Source: Gammaproteobacteria bacterium (GTDB lineage: Bacteria; Pseudomonadota; Gammaproteobacteria; JACCXJ01). From it: DNA of 64,000 bases. Shown piece after piece: positions 1-10,049 of the stretch. A program made the translations under genes and the position numbers. The notes beneath the pieces were generated by a model that was given only the letters and a program-made list of their open reading frames with translations, was not told the DNA's origin and did not search any database. The stretch lies in the NCBI GenBank assembly GCA_050740695.1, contig JBOIDR010000008.1, forward strand, positions 4-64,003, given 5' to 3'. Within the stretch, counting starts at the first letter, position 1. Each line of letters opens with the position of its first letter.

Positions 1-156
1 GCAGCTCACCCTCAGTATGTCTGCCAATCCGGCGGTCCAAAAGGAATTGTTGCATTATCTAGAGGCACTGCAAGCCGCCTGAGATCCCCAAGTAAGCGAC
101 AATTTATGCAACGATAGGGTCTACAACACCATGACCTAGCCAGCTCGCGCCTCGCA

Positions 157-759
157 TCAGCCGGGAAAGCCGTCCACGAGCGCTTTCATCTCCAATTTCG
201 CCGCATGGAGGAGCGAAACGCCGTCGCCCAGGAGCAGCGTGTCGAAATCGAGGTCGAGGAGCCCGCGCACGCTCTGCCTGAGCCGGGCGGGATCGTCCAT
301 GACCGCTTCGCGCAGCAGGTCGAGGTGTCCCGGCGGATTGCCGATGACGGCGTCCCCGACGATGAGGATGCGGCGCATGGGCCAGTGGAACGCCACCTCC
401 CCGGGTGATTTGCCCGGAACGGCGACGACGTTGAACGGCCCGATCCGCGCCCCCACCTCAAGAGCACCGTCGATGAGCGCACCCTGGGCCTCCGCATACC
501 CCGCATCGCTCTCATGAATCGCCGTCGGAGCCGAGGTCGCGGAGCGCAGCCGGTTGGCGGCGCGGGTATGGTTGCGATTTGTGATGAGGATGCGTGCAAC
601 CCCTAGCGTCGTGATCGCTTCCAGCACCTCGTCGCTCATCGGGACCGGATCGACGGCCAGGGTGCCATCCTCGGAACGGATCAGGTAGCCGTTAAAGTCG
701 TAGCCGTGCGGCTCGGAGTACCAGGACCAGGTGAAGACGTCGCCCAGGATTTCATGCAT
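157..759 (-). CDS. MBL-fold metallo-hydrolase family protein
   Basis: 200-aa ORF with GC-rich third positions. Layout (YLIRSEDGTLAVDPVP...ILITNRNHTRAA...GDAVIG) resembles short beta-lactamase-fold hydrolases. Other frames here are Arg/Pro-rich shadows. Confidence 0.6.
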   Translation of the reverse strand: MHEILGDVFTWSWYSEPHGYDFNGYLIRSEDGTLAVDPVPMSDEVLEAITTLGVARILITNRNHTRAANRLRSATSAPTAIHESDAGYAEAQGALIDGALEVGARIGPFNVVAVPGKSPGEVAFHWPMRRILIVGDAVIGNPPGHLDLLREAVMDDPARLRQSVRGLLDLDFDTLLLGDGVSLLHAAKLEMKALVDGFPG

Positions 760-820
760 GGCGGCCGGTCCTCACGGAACCCTACTCGAAACGCAATCCA
801 CCCGCCGGTGCCGGGCGGCG

Positions 821-1540
821 TTACGAGCCCGCCTGCCCCTTGAAGAACTGCACCAACTGCTGCGCGGGCACGTAGCCGCCGAGCTCCTCGCCATTATCGG
901 TGATCACGGTGGGTGTCCCCTGGATCCCCATGCGCCGGCCGAGGTCATAGTGGCGTTTGACCGGGTTGTCACAGGTCGCCGAGGACACGGGTTTCCCCAA
1001 CTTGGCATCGGTCAGGGCCTGCTGCTGGTCCTTGGCACACCACACCGATATCGATTTCGCGAACGACTCCGAGCCTGCGCCGGCGCGCGGGAAAGCCAGG
1101 TAGCGCACGGCGATCCCCGCCTGGTTCAGCTCTCCGACCTGTTGATGGAATTTGCGGCAGTAGCCGCAATCGATATCCGTATAGACGTAGAGGACGTGCT
1201 GGATGTCCTCTGGCGCGAACTCGATCATGGTCTCAGGCGGTACCGCCTTGAGCGCCTTGAGGCGTACCTGGCCGCGGTGCTCCGCGCTGAGATTGCGCCG
1301 ACTGTCGAGCTCCAAGAGATCCCCCTTCAACAGGTAACGGCCGTCGGCGCTGATATAGACGAGGTCGCCCTCCAAAGCGACCTCGTAGAGGCCGTCCACC
1401 GGAGAGCGGTTAACGGAGCCGACTTCGATCCCCGGCAGGGCCTTGCCGACCCGGTTCGCCAGGTCCTTTTCGGTCAACGGCGCCGCGGCGCTCACACCGG
1501 ACAAGATCAACGCGGATGCACAGAATAGGGGTAAACGCAT
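821..1540 (-). CDS. dsbC: thiol:disulfide interchange protein DsbC
   Basis: Start moved to ATG at 1540 (MRLPLFCASALILSGVSAA signal peptide). Thioredoxin CGYC motif (DIDCGYCRKFH) and DsbC-type N-terminal dimerisation region. The longer 463-aa ORF extension has no homology. Confidence 0.85.
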   Translation of the reverse strand: MRLPLFCASALILSGVSAAAPLTEKDLANRVGKALPGIEVGSVNRSPVDGLYEVALEGDLVYISADGRYLLKGDLLELDSRRNLSAEHRGQVRLKALKAVPPETMIEFAPEDIQHVLYVYTDIDCGYCRKFHQQVGELNQAGIAVRYLAFPRAGAGSESFAKSISVWCAKDQQQALTDAKLGKPVSSATCDNPVKRHYDLGRRMGIQGTPTVITDNGEELGGYVPAQQLVQFFKGQAGS

Positions 1541-1690
1541 GATGAACTCCTCAAAATCGGACTCGCCGTTCCCACGGCCTGATCGTGACGGACTTATGGT
1601 TGCCGGCCGGGGCTCAACGGCACCGGCCGACAGCCGATAGAGCAGCGAACCAAACGACGCCGCACGCCGCGCGACTGGGTACTGTACCAC

Positions 1691-2542
1691 ATGGACGTAA
1701 TGTCCCATCCGACGACTGTCGGGAAATACCGCCTGCTCCACGAGATCGGCAAGGGGAGCATGGGTCGGGTTTACCTCGGACATGACGCTCTCATCGAACG
1801 CGACGTGGCTGTCAAGATCGCGCTTCCCGAGCGCCTCGCCTGCCCACGGACCGGACAGCACTACGAGAGGCTCTTCTTCCGCGAAGCCAAGACGGCCGGG
1901 AGGTTGACGCACCAGGATATCGCCGCGGTGTTCGATGCCGGTATAGACCACGGCCTGCCCTATATCGTTCTGGAGTACGTGGCGGGGGGGCGGACTCTCG
2001 CCGATTTCTGTGCCCCCGGCAAGCTGTTGCCGATCGGGGAGGCCATCAAGGTCATACACAAGTGTGCCACGGCGCTCGACTATGCCCATGAGAGGGGCGT
2101 GGTACACCGCGACATCAAACCGAACAACATCCTCCTCGGCCCGGACCAGGCGGTCAAGATCTCGGACTTCGGTATCGCCGTGGTTCCGGATCTCGAGGAC
2201 GACGATATTCACGCGGGCTCTCCGCTGTACATGTCGCCGGAGCAGATCCGGCGAGAACCCCTGACCGGCCAGAGCGACCTGTTCTCACTCGGCTCGGTGA
2301 TGTACCGCGCACTGACCGGGAAGCACCCCTTCGCAGCGGCACGGATCGCCACCATCAGCGACATGGTCCTGCACGACGAACCACCTCCAATGCGCGAGCT
2401 GCGACCGGAGATCCCCGAGATCCTGGAGCGTATCGCCCGCAAGGCCATGGCCAAGGACCGGCGGCGCCGCTACCGCAGCGGCCTTGACCTGGCCGCCGAT
2501 CTGAGCCTGGTGTTCGACTACCTGACACCCAAGTCGCACTGA
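1691..2542 (+). CDS. Hanks-type serine/threonine protein kinase (kinase domain only)
   Basis: GKGSMGRVY glycine loop, VAVK lysine, HRDIKPNNILL catalytic loop, DFG, SPE motifs. 283 aa with no extra domains. Confidence 0.85.
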   Translation: MDVMSHPTTVGKYRLLHEIGKGSMGRVYLGHDALIERDVAVKIALPERLACPRTGQHYERLFFREAKTAGRLTHQDIAAVFDAGIDHGLPYIVLEYVAGGRTLADFCAPGKLLPIGEAIKVIHKCATALDYAHERGVVHRDIKPNNILLGPDQAVKISDFGIAVVPDLEDDDIHAGSPLYMSPEQIRREPLTGQSDLFSLGSVMYRALTGKHPFAAARIATISDMVLHDEPPPMRELRPEIPEILERIARKAMAKDRRRRYRSGLDLAADLSLVFDYLTPKSH

Positions 2543-2559
2543 GCCGACCGGCAGCGCCG

Positions 2560-3498
2560 TCAACCGCGGGGATGGTGCTCTGCGTGCAACGCCTTGAGCC
2601 GCGCCCGTGCCACGTGCGTATAGATCTGGGTCGTCGAGATATCGCGATGTCCCAGAAGCAGTTGAACGACACGCAGATCCGCGCCGTGATCGAGGAGATG
2701 GGTGGCGAAGGCATGGCGCAGGGTGTGTGGCGACAGAGGCTTTGCGATGCCGGCACGCATGGCGTAGCGTTTGATGAGATACCAGAACGCCTGGCGGGTC
2801 AGGGGCCTCCCGCGCCGCGTGACGAACAGAAAGTCGGACGGCGCGTTCGCCAGGAGCACGGGTCGGGACTGCCGCAGGTAGCGATCGAGTAGATCCAGCG
2901 CGCCAGCGCCGAGCGGGACCAGGCGGTCCTTGCCACCCTTGCCGGTGACGCGCACCGTCGCCTGCCTGGGGTTGTAGCGGCCGGCCCGCAGCCCCACCAA
3001 TTCGGAAACCCGGAGTCCCGAGGCGTAGAGCGTTTCCAACATCGCGGCATCGCGCAGCCCCAGGAGCGCCTCGCGGTCGGGGGCACCGAGGAGCGCATCG
3101 ACCTCCGTCTCGCTGAGGGCGGCGGGCAAGGCCCGTCCCAGGCGTACTCCCTCCACCTGCGCACTCGGGTCCTCGCCGAGGCTGCACCAGTGCACCAGGT
3201 GCCGGTAGAAGCCACGCAGACTCGACAGGCGTCGGGCCATGGTCCGCACCGTGCGGCCCGGGTGCGATGCGGCCCCCAGGAAACCCAGCACATCGCTGCG
3301 TTGTGCCTCGAGCACCCCCAACCCTTGGCCGCGTAGCCAGTCGGCATACCGCGTGAGATCGCTGCGATAGGCGGCGAGGGTGTTGTCGGACAGCCCGCGT
3401 TCCAACCACACGGCGTCCAGAAACCCCTCGATGAGCCGGAGGTCTCCGGGTTCCGCCGGTTCTGGGCTAGGCCGAGGGCTAGGAAATGGCTCGCTCAT
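2560..3498 (-). CDS. xerD: site-specific tyrosine recombinase XerD
   Basis: Start at ATG 3498 (MSEPF...). IEGFLDAVWLERGLSDNTLAAYRSDL N-terminal SAM-like domain. C-terminal RHAFATHLL...LLGH...TQIYTHV catalytic R-H-R-Y signature. Confidence 0.9.
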   Translation of the reverse strand: MSEPFPSPRPSPEPAEPGDLRLIEGFLDAVWLERGLSDNTLAAYRSDLTRYADWLRGQGLGVLEAQRSDVLGFLGAASHPGRTVRTMARRLSSLRGFYRHLVHWCSLGEDPSAQVEGVRLGRALPAALSETEVDALLGAPDREALLGLRDAAMLETLYASGLRVSELVGLRAGRYNPRQATVRVTGKGGKDRLVPLGAGALDLLDRYLRQSRPVLLANAPSDFLFVTRRGRPLTRQAFWYLIKRYAMRAGIAKPLSPHTLRHAFATHLLDHGADLRVVQLLLGHRDISTTQIYTHVARARLKALHAEHHPRG

Positions 3499-3766
3499 GC
3501 CGGAGCAGCCAGCGTTTGATGCAAAGGCCGGGTTCGGAGCGGCCCCTGTACCCGCCGAGGCCCTCGGCCGCGACCACGCGGTGACACGGGACCACGATAT
3601 GGGGAGGGGGTTCGCCCCGCAGGCGCCCGCGACGGCGTCGCGTGGCCCACTGTCCGAGAGTCGCGCCAGCTCCCGTACTTGCCGCACGGGATAACAGGCG
3701 CCAGACCCGTCTCTGGAACGGTGTGCCCGCGTTCGTGCTCACCCGCCTGTCCCATCGAAGCGCCAC
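3479..3766 (-). pseudogene. MGMT-family (methylated-DNA-protein-cysteine methyltransferase C-terminal domain) gene, central part scrambled by three 1-nt frameshifts
   Basis: The open 95-aa frame gives GTPFQRRVW at the N-terminus and IVVPCHRVVAAEGLGGYRG...KRWLL at the C-terminus. The motifs expected between them appear in the other two frames: VIPCGKYG, then ELARLSDSGPRDAVAGACGANPLPI. GTG start; overlaps the xerD start by 20 nt. Confidence 0.65.
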
Positions 3767-3811
3767 CCCGAAATCGAGGCCGGCCCGACATCCAAGAAGT
3801 TGCCGTGCGCG

Positions 3812-4168
3812 TTATTGGCGGGCGGTGATCTTTTCCTTGATGCGCGCCGCCTTGCCGCTCAAGTGGCGGGTGTAATAGAGCTTGGCCCGGCGCACATCGC
3901 CCCGTCGCTTCACGGTGATAGCGTGAATGAGCGGGCTGTGGAGTTGAAACACACGCTCGACGCCCTCGCCGTGCGACAGCTTCCGAACGGTGAACGAGGA
4001 GTTGAGCCCCCGGTTGCGTCTGGCGATCACCACGCCCTCGAAAGCCTGCAGGCGTTCGCGCTCCCCTTCCTTCACCTTGACCTGGACGACCACCGTGTCC
4101 CCGGGCCAAAACGCCGGGACCTCGCGGGTCATCATCTCCGATTCGATCTGTTGAATGATCTGGCTCAT
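3812..4168 (-). CDS. rplS: 50S ribosomal protein L19
   Basis: [51 protein letters not shown] is canonical L19. Start set at ATG 4168. Confidence 0.95.
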   Translation of the reverse strand: MSQIIQQIESEMMTREVPAFWPGDTVVVQVKVKEGERERLQAFEGVVIARRNRGLNSSFTVRKLSHGEGVERVFQLHSPLIHAITVKRRGDVRRAKLYYTRHLSGKAARIKEKITARQ

Positions 4169-4259
4169 GCTCGTTCTCAGTAAACTCTTTTCGATTCCTT
4201 CCCCCTGGAAGGGGGAAAGGTAGGATTCGGGGCTCGGGTTTCTCAGAACCATGCGACTC

Positions 4260-5042
4260 TCAACCCCCACCCTCATCCTCCCCCTGCCAGGGGGAGCGAA
4301 TAAGCCGGTGCTCCCCAAGGTACTCTTCCAGGAGCGTGGCCTCGTCCGGGCCAAACGAGCGTTCGGCCAGGAGGTCCGGCCGTCTGATCCAGGTCCGCCC
4401 CAGCGCCGCCTTCAGCCGCCAACGCCGGATCGCCCGGTGGTCGCCCGTGAGCAGCACCGGCGGCACCGCCCGCCCATCGATCACCTCGGGCCGCGTGTAG
4501 TGCGGGTGATCCAGGAGCCCCGTCTGGAACGACTCCTCGCGTGCCGAGTCGGCGTGCCCGAGGACGTCCGGGAGCAGGCGCACCATCGCATCGATCAGCA
4601 CCATGGCCGCGATCTCACCCCCGCTCAGGACATAATCGCCGATCGACCATTCCTCGTCCACCTGCGACACGAGCACCCGCTCGTCCACGCCCTCGTAGCG
4701 GCCGGCCACGATCACCAGCGGCCCCTGGCCGGCCAGCCCCACGACCGCCGCCTGATCGAGGCGCCGACCCTGGGGCGTCATCGCGATCACACCGGCCCCG
4801 TGCCCTAGAGCGCCGCGCGCAGCGGCGATGGCGTCCACCAGCGGCCGGTACATCATCACCATCCCGGGGCCGCCGCCATACGGGCGATCATCCACGGCCC
4901 GGTAATTGCCCGTGGCGAAGTCCCGGGGATTGCGTGTCTCGATCCGGAGGTCACCCCGGGCCACCGCGCGCCCGCTAACCCCGTAGTCCATGATCGCCCG
5001 AAACATCTCGGGGAACAGCGTGACCACCGCGATCCGAAGCAT
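4260..5042 (-). CDS. trmD: tRNA (guanine37-N1)-methyltransferase
   Basis: [14 protein letters not shown]...[13 protein letters not shown]...LSGGE motifs. Sits in the conserved rpsP-rimM-trmD-rplS order. Confidence 0.95.
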   Translation of the reverse strand: MLRIAVVTLFPEMFRAIMDYGVSGRAVARGDLRIETRNPRDFATGNYRAVDDRPYGGGPGMVMMYRPLVDAIAAARGALGHGAGVIAMTPQGRRLDQAAVVGLAGQGPLVIVAGRYEGVDERVLVSQVDEEWSIGDYVLSGGEIAAMVLIDAMVRLLPDVLGHADSAREESFQTGLLDHPHYTRPEVIDGRAVPPVLLTGDHRAIRRWRLKAALGRTWIRRPDLLAERSFGPDEATLLEEYLGEHRLIRSPWQGEDEGGG

Positions 5043-5062
5043 CGATCACTCATCCGGGCCGA

Positions 5063-5614
5063 TCAATCATCCAAACGCCAATCGATCTCCAACCGGCGGT
5101 TCGCCAGATCGACGTTATGGACGTACACCCCCTCCACGTAGGGGACCAGGCGATCGCGCTCGCCGCGCACGATCAAAACGTCGTTCGCCCCCGTGTCCAG
5201 CATGCCGACGACGCTCCCGAGATAGTGGCCGGACGGGGTGTAGGCCTCCAGGCCGATGAGATCCACCCAATAGCGCTCACCGGCCTGCAAAGGTCTGAGC
5301 TGCGAGCGCCGCACGGCGATGTCCGAGCCCACGAGCCCCCTCGCACGATCGCGATCGCCGAAGCCCTCCAGATACGCGATGAGCCGCTTCTGGAGGGCGT
5401 AGGCATTGGTCCTGACGACGGCCTGCCAGGCGCCGCCGAAGTCCAGATACCAGGGCGTGTACTCGAGGATCCCCTCGGCGGGACGGGTGTAGGAATACAC
5501 CTTGAGCCCCCCTTGGAGGCCGTGCAAGCCCCCGACGCGGCCCAGGACTACGAACCCCGCGCCGCCTGGCGAAGCCGTATCTATTACCTTTTGTGCTATG
5601 GCGATCGGCGACAT
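5063..5614 (-). CDS. rimM: 16S rRNA processing protein RimM
   Basis: GRVGGLHGLQGGLKVYSYT and PRC-barrel-like C-terminus. Lies between rpsP and trmD. Confidence 0.9.
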   Translation of the reverse strand: MSPIAIAQKVIDTASPGGAGFVVLGRVGGLHGLQGGLKVYSYTRPAEGILEYTPWYLDFGGAWQAVVRTNAYALQKRLIAYLEGFGDRDRARGLVGSDIAVRRSQLRPLQAGERYWVDLIGLEAYTPSGHYLGSVVGMLDTGANDVLIVRGERDRLVPYVEGVYVHNVDLANRRLEIDWRLDD

Positions 5615-5644
5615 CGCGCCGCGGGCAGCGCGGCCGAGAGCCGG

Positions 5645-5893
5645 CTAGGCCGGCGGGGCGTGCTTCTTGAGCAGGCCGGCGACCCGCGCGGAGGCCTTGG
5701 CGCCACGGGTCAGCCAATGGCCGGCACGCGCCACATCGATCTTGCAGCCGCCGGCCGCTTCACCGGCCAGGGGGTCCAGGTAGCCGATGCGCTCGATATG
5801 GCGCCCATCGCGGCGATTCCGGCTGTCCGTCACCACGATGTGGTAGAAGGGCCTCTTCTTGGTGCCGTGGCGGCTGAGACGAATGCTAACCAT
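5645..5893 (-). CDS. rpsP: 30S ribosomal protein S16
   Basis: MVSIRLSRHGTKKRPFYHIVVTDSRNRRDGRHIERIGYLDP is canonical S16. Confidence 0.95.
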   Translation of the reverse strand: MVSIRLSRHGTKKRPFYHIVVTDSRNRRDGRHIERIGYLDPLAGEAAGGCKIDVARAGHWLTRGAKASARVAGLLKKHAPPA

Positions 5894-5972
5894 GAGTCCT
5901 CGGAAAACTGTTGTTCGAAAATATCATTTCACCCCTATTAGGGGCGCTTTCGGGAACGCAGTAGCGAGTCCC

Positions 5973-8087
5973 TTACGCTCTCGCCCGCTCCCCGGCGTTC
6001 ACGGCCTTCATGCTGAGCCGGATGCGCCCCTGCTTGTCCACCTCCAAGACCTTCACCTTGACCATATCCCCTTCCCGGAGCTTGTCCCCGACGTTCTCCA
6101 CGCGCTCCTCGGAGATCTGGGAGATGTGCACGAGCCCGTCCTTGCCGGGCAGGATGGTGACGAAGGCCCCGAAGTCCATGAGTTTGGCGACCCGGCCTTC
6201 ATAGATCATCCCCACCTGCACATCGGCCGTGATCTGCTCGACGCGGCGGCGTGCCTCCTGTCCGGCGGCGTTGTCGACGGAGGCGATCTTCACGGTGCCG
6301 TCGTCGGAGATATCGATGACGGCGCCGGTCTGCTCGGTGATGGCGCGGATGGTGGTGCCGCCCTTGCCGATCACGTCTCTGATCTTCTCGGGATCGATCT
6401 TGATGGTGATGATGCGCGGCGCATATTCGGACATCTCGGTACGCGGTTTGTCCAAGACGGCATTCATCTCTTGCAAGATATGCAAGCGTCCCGCGCGCGC
6501 CTGGGCGAGCGCGACCTCCATGATCTCGCGGGTGATCCCGCTGATCTTGATGTCCATCTGCAGCGCCGTGACGCCAGCCTTGGTGCCGGCCACCTTGAAG
6601 TCCATGTCGCCCAGGTGGTCCTCATCGCCCATGATGTCGGACAACACGGCGAACTTATCACCCTCCTTGACGAGGCCCATGGCGATGCCCGCGACCGGCG
6701 CCTTGACCGGAACACCGGCATCCATGAGCGAGAGGCTGGTCCCGCACACCGTGGCCATGGAGCTCGATCCGTTCGATTCGGTGATCTCGGACACCACGCG
6801 GATCACATAGGGGAACTCCTCCGGGTCCGGCATGACCGCCAGCACCCCGCGCTTGGCCAGACGTCCGTGACCGATCTCGCGACGCTTGGGCGACCCGACC
6901 CGGCCGGTTTCACCGACGCAGTAGGGGGGGAAGTTGTAATGCAGGAGGAACGGATCCCGGCGCTCGCCCTCGATGGCATCGATGATCTGCGCGTCGCGCT
7001 CGGTGCCAAGCGCCGTGATCACGAGTGCCTGAGTCTCGCCGCGTGTGAAGAGCGCCGAGCCATGGGTCCGCGGCAATAGCCCGACCCGGATCTGGATAGG
7101 CCGCACGGCGTCCATCGGCCGCCCATCGATGCGCTTGCGCTCGTCCAGGATCATGTGCCGCACCAGCTCATGCTCGTTCCGTTCGAAGGCGTGGGCCATC
7201 TGCGCGTCGGTCCACTTGGATGGCGCATCCGTGGAAGTCCCGCCGCCCAGGGCGGCGACGGCCTCTTTGCGCAGGGCACCCAGGGAGTCGCGACGCGCAA
7301 GCTTGTCGGTCGTGGCATAGGCCTCGCGCAGCCGCCCGCCCAGGAAGGACCGGACACGCTCCTCGAGCGCCTGATCCGCCGCCGGCGGGCTCCACGCCCA
7401 GGCGCCGGCCCCTGCTTCTTCGCGCAGGGCACAGATGTGGTCGATCGCGATCTGCATCTCTGCATGCCCGAACATGAGCGCGCCGAGCATCACCTCCTCG
7501 GACAATTGATCGGCCTCCGATTCCACCATGAGCACCGAGCTCTCTGTCCCCGCAACCACCAGGTTGAGCGCCGAGGTCTCGAGCCGGCCGAAGGTCGGGT
7601 TCAGCACGTATTGCCCGTCGATGTAGCCCACCCGCGCGGCGCCGATCGGCCCCTCGAACGGGAGGCCCGACAGGCTGACCGCGGCCGATGCACCGAGCAA
7701 CGCCGGGATGTCGGGGTCGATCTCGGGATCCAGCGACAGGACCGTGGCGATGATCTGGACCTCGTGATGGAAGCCCTTGGGGAAAAGAGGCCGCAAGGGC
7801 CGGTCGATCAGGCGCGAGGTGAGCGTCTCCTTCTCGCTCGGACGCCCTTCGCGCTTGAAGAACCCGCCCGGGATCTTGCCCGCGGCATAGGTACGTTCCT
7901 GGTAGTCGACTGTCAAGGGGAAGAAGTCGCGGCCCGGGATCGCCGCCTTGTTCCCGACCACGCTCACCAGGACGACGGTGTCGCCCATGCTGGCCATCAC
8001 CGCGGCCGTGGCCTGCCGCGCTATCTCTCCGGTCTCCAGCACCACGGTCCGGGGACCATACTCGAAGCTTCTTTTTATTGCTGGCAT
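5973..8087 (-). CDS. pnp: polyribonucleotide nucleotidyltransferase (PNPase)
   Basis: 704 aa with two RNase PH domains, a KH domain ([15 protein letters not shown]) and an S1 domain ([13 protein letters not shown]). Follows rpsO as usual. Confidence 0.97.
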   Translation of the reverse strand: MPAIKRSFEYGPRTVVLETGEIARQATAAVMASMGDTVVLVSVVGNKAAIPGRDFFPLTVDYQERTYAAGKIPGGFFKREGRPSEKETLTSRLIDRPLRPLFPKGFHHEVQIIATVLSLDPEIDPDIPALLGASAAVSLSGLPFEGPIGAARVGYIDGQYVLNPTFGRLETSALNLVVAGTESSVLMVESEADQLSEEVMLGALMFGHAEMQIAIDHICALREEAGAGAWAWSPPAADQALEERVRSFLGGRLREAYATTDKLARRDSLGALRKEAVAALGGGTSTDAPSKWTDAQMAHAFERNEHELVRHMILDERKRIDGRPMDAVRPIQIRVGLLPRTHGSALFTRGETQALVITALGTERDAQIIDAIEGERRDPFLLHYNFPPYCVGETGRVGSPKRREIGHGRLAKRGVLAVMPDPEEFPYVIRVVSEITESNGSSSMATVCGTSLSLMDAGVPVKAPVAGIAMGLVKEGDKFAVLSDIMGDEDHLGDMDFKVAGTKAGVTALQMDIKISGITREIMEVALAQARAGRLHILQEMNAVLDKPRTEMSEYAPRIITIKIDPEKIRDVIGKGGTTIRAITEQTGAVIDISDDGTVKIASVDNAAGQEARRRVEQITADVQVGMIYEGRVAKLMDFGAFVTILPGKDGLVHISQISEERVENVGDKLREGDMVKVKVLEVDKQGRIRLSMKAVNAGERARA

Positions 8088-8166
8088 GACAGGGCTCCCC
8101 CGCCAATTTCAATGGGCAAGCTCAATGGGCCTTCTTGCGCCGCCACGATGATCGAGCGGTCCCCGG

Positions 8167-8442
8167 CTATTTCCGCAGACCCAAGACCGCTATCAGATCG
8201 CGGTAGCGCTGCAGGTGGTAGGTCTTCAGATACTCCAGGAGCTTGCGGCGTTTGTTCACTATCCGCAAAAGCCCCTGCCGAGAATGGTGGTCTCTCTGGT
8301 GGGCCTTGAAGTGCTCGGCGAGGTCCTCGATGCGACGGGTCAATAGGGCAACTTGCACCTCGGGCGATCCCGTATCACCGGGCGCGAGTCGGTGCTTATC
8401 GACGATGTCTTTCTTTGCCTCGGCGGTCAGCACTATGCTCAT
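8167..8442 (-). CDS. rpsO: 30S ribosomal protein S15
   Basis: [38 protein letters not shown] is canonical S15. Confidence 0.95.
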   Translation of the reverse strand: MSIVLTAEAKKDIVDKHRLAPGDTGSPEVQVALLTRRIEDLAEHFKAHQRDHHSRQGLLRIVNKRRKLLEYLKTYHLQRYRDLIAVLGLRK

Positions 8443-8575
8443 CCCCCCTATTGGTATAGATGCCTTGGCTCGATGCCTCGAGGCGCGTGATGGCGCAAGC
8501 GGTTAATCTAAATGACCCCAAGAACGGACTATTCTAATATCCCCAGGAGAGGACGACAAGCGAGGCACGCGCCGC

Positions 8576-9553
8576 TCATGCCGTCCTGAGCAGTCGCCGT
8601 GGCGCGATGCGGCCGTCGTCCTGCACCTCGCCGATCCCCAGGAACCTGCGCCGATCGTCGTAGAGCTTGACGAGGCCCGCCTTGGGCGCGTGCGCCACCA
8701 GGACCGCCTGACCCTGCCCCAGGTAATAGGTCGCATCCCGGGACAGCGCGACGGCGGGTTCCCCGGGCAAGACGCAATCGAGCGGCAGGAGCCTGGCATC
8801 GAGCGCCGCGAGACCCATGGATGCGATCTCGGTGAGCCCGCAGAGGTCGATGGCATCGCGCACCTCGAAGCCCCCGACCGCGGTTCGTTCCAAGGCCGCG
8901 ACATGCGCCCCGCAACCGAGGGCCTCTCCGATGTCCTCGGCCAGTGTGCGGAGATAGGTCCCCTTGGAACAGCGCACGGTGATCTCGAGTGCGTCTCCCA
9001 GAAAGCGGACCAGGTCGAGCGCATGGATCACGATCGGACGCGGCTGGCGCTCGATAGCGATGCCGCGATGGGCCAGCTCGTAGAGCCGTTGGCCCCGGTG
9101 CTTGAGCGCCGAGTGCATGGGCGGCACCTGGGTCTTTGCGCCCCGGATGGCGCGGAGGACCCCAGCGACGCGCGCCGCGTCCACGTCCACGACCGGTCGT
9201 TCCCTGACCACCTCCCCTTCGGCGTCTCCGGTGGTCGTCACCACCCCGAGCTTCACGATCGCCCGATAGCACTTGTCGGCGTTGAGCAGGAAGCCGGAAA
9301 GCTTGGTGGCCTCGCCGAAACAGATCGGCAGTAGCCCCGTGGCGAGCCGGTCCAGACTGCCCGTATGGCCGGCCTTGCGGGCTTGATAGAGGCGTTTGAC
9401 GCATTGCAGGGCCTCGTTCGAGCTTAGGCCCCGCGATTTGATGAATAGCAGGATGCCGCTCACATCACGGCGCGGCCACCGTTGCAAGACCATAGGTTCG
9501 AGATCAGGGGGGTTCGAGAACAGGCGGCGCGGGGGGATCGGGACGCGCGCCAT
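8576..9553 (-). CDS. truB: tRNA pseudouridine(55) synthase
   Basis: KAGHTGSLDRLATGLLPICFGEATK catalytic Asp motif. The ATG at 9553 abuts the rbfA stop (TAGATG). Confidence 0.9.
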   Translation of the reverse strand: MARVPIPPRRLFSNPPDLEPMVLQRWPRRDVSGILLFIKSRGLSSNEALQCVKRLYQARKAGHTGSLDRLATGLLPICFGEATKLSGFLLNADKCYRAIVKLGVVTTTGDAEGEVVRERPVVDVDAARVAGVLRAIRGAKTQVPPMHSALKHRGQRLYELAHRGIAIERQPRPIVIHALDLVRFLGDALEITVRCSKGTYLRTLAEDIGEALGCGAHVAALERTAVGGFEVRDAIDLCGLTEIASMGLAALDARLLPLDCVLPGEPAVALSRDATYYLGQGQAVLVAHAPKAGLVKLYDDRRRFLGIGEVQDDGRIAPRRLLRTA

Positions 9554-9979
9554 CTACTCCTGACACAAGGGGGTGCGGTCGGGATCCGCCGTCGGAGTGC
9601 CGGGAGCGCCGTTCGAGCCCGCGAGCAGCGCGTTGATCCGCGCCGCGCGCGCCTGTGTGTCATCGGCGACGATCACGAGCCGTGGCGCCACCCGCAGGCG
9701 CAGCGCCTTCGCGACATGGGCTCGATAGCGCCCGACACGACGCTGTATGCGAGCGATGGGATCGGGAACGCCTCCCGAGAGCGCCGAGACATAGACCCTG
9801 GCATGCCGCAGATCGCGGCTGAGCACGACGCTCGTGATGCTCAGAAGACCCAGACCGCGTTCCCGCGCCTCCGCCTGCAAGAGCGGGGCGAGCGTGCGCT
9901 GGATGAGGGCCGCGACACGCAGGGTACGGTCTTCGCCACCCCGCGCCCGTTCTATCCGAAAAAAAGGGGTCGGAGTCAA
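9554..9979 (-). CDS. rbfA: ribosome-binding factor A (start uncertain)
   Basis: RTLRVAALIQRTLAPLLQAE...LLSITSVVLSRDLRHARVYVS is RbfA-like. There is no ATG/GTG/TTG between the conserved N-terminus and the palindromic element. The nearest in-frame start is TTG at 9979, inside the element. Confidence 0.75.
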   Translation of the reverse strand: MTPTPFFRIERARGGEDRTLRVAALIQRTLAPLLQAEARERGLGLLSITSVVLSRDLRHARVYVSALSGGVPDPIARIQRRVGRYRAHVAKALRLRVAPRLVIVADDTQARAARINALLAGSNGAPGTPTADPDRTPLCQE

Positions 9980-10048
9980 TTTCGATTCGGCCTCGCGGGG
10001 TATTCGAGTCTTTATCCTACGAAATTGACTCCGACCCCTTTTTTTCGG
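9956..10048. repeat. 93-bp palindromic element (perfect 29-bp arms, 35-nt loop), intrinsic-terminator-like on both strands
   Basis: Left arm 9956-9984 is ccgaaaaaaaggggtcggagtcaatttcg. Right arm 10020-10048 is its exact reverse complement. A7 and T7 runs flank a GC-rich stem. It starts 2 nt after the infB stop codon. Confidence 0.9.
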
Positions 10049-10049
10049 A

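Noticed and set aside
2285-3409. 374-aa and 182-aa minus-strand ORFs in other frames across xerD and the kinase gene
   Set aside because: Shadow frames. xerD and the Hanks kinase account for the coding signal.
5859-8309. Several 270-400-aa ORFs overlapping pnp on both strands (5859-7079, 7155-8309, 7168-8112)
   Set aside because: All are alternative frames of the well-supported pnp gene and are rich in Arg/Pro/Gly/Asp. No domain signatures.
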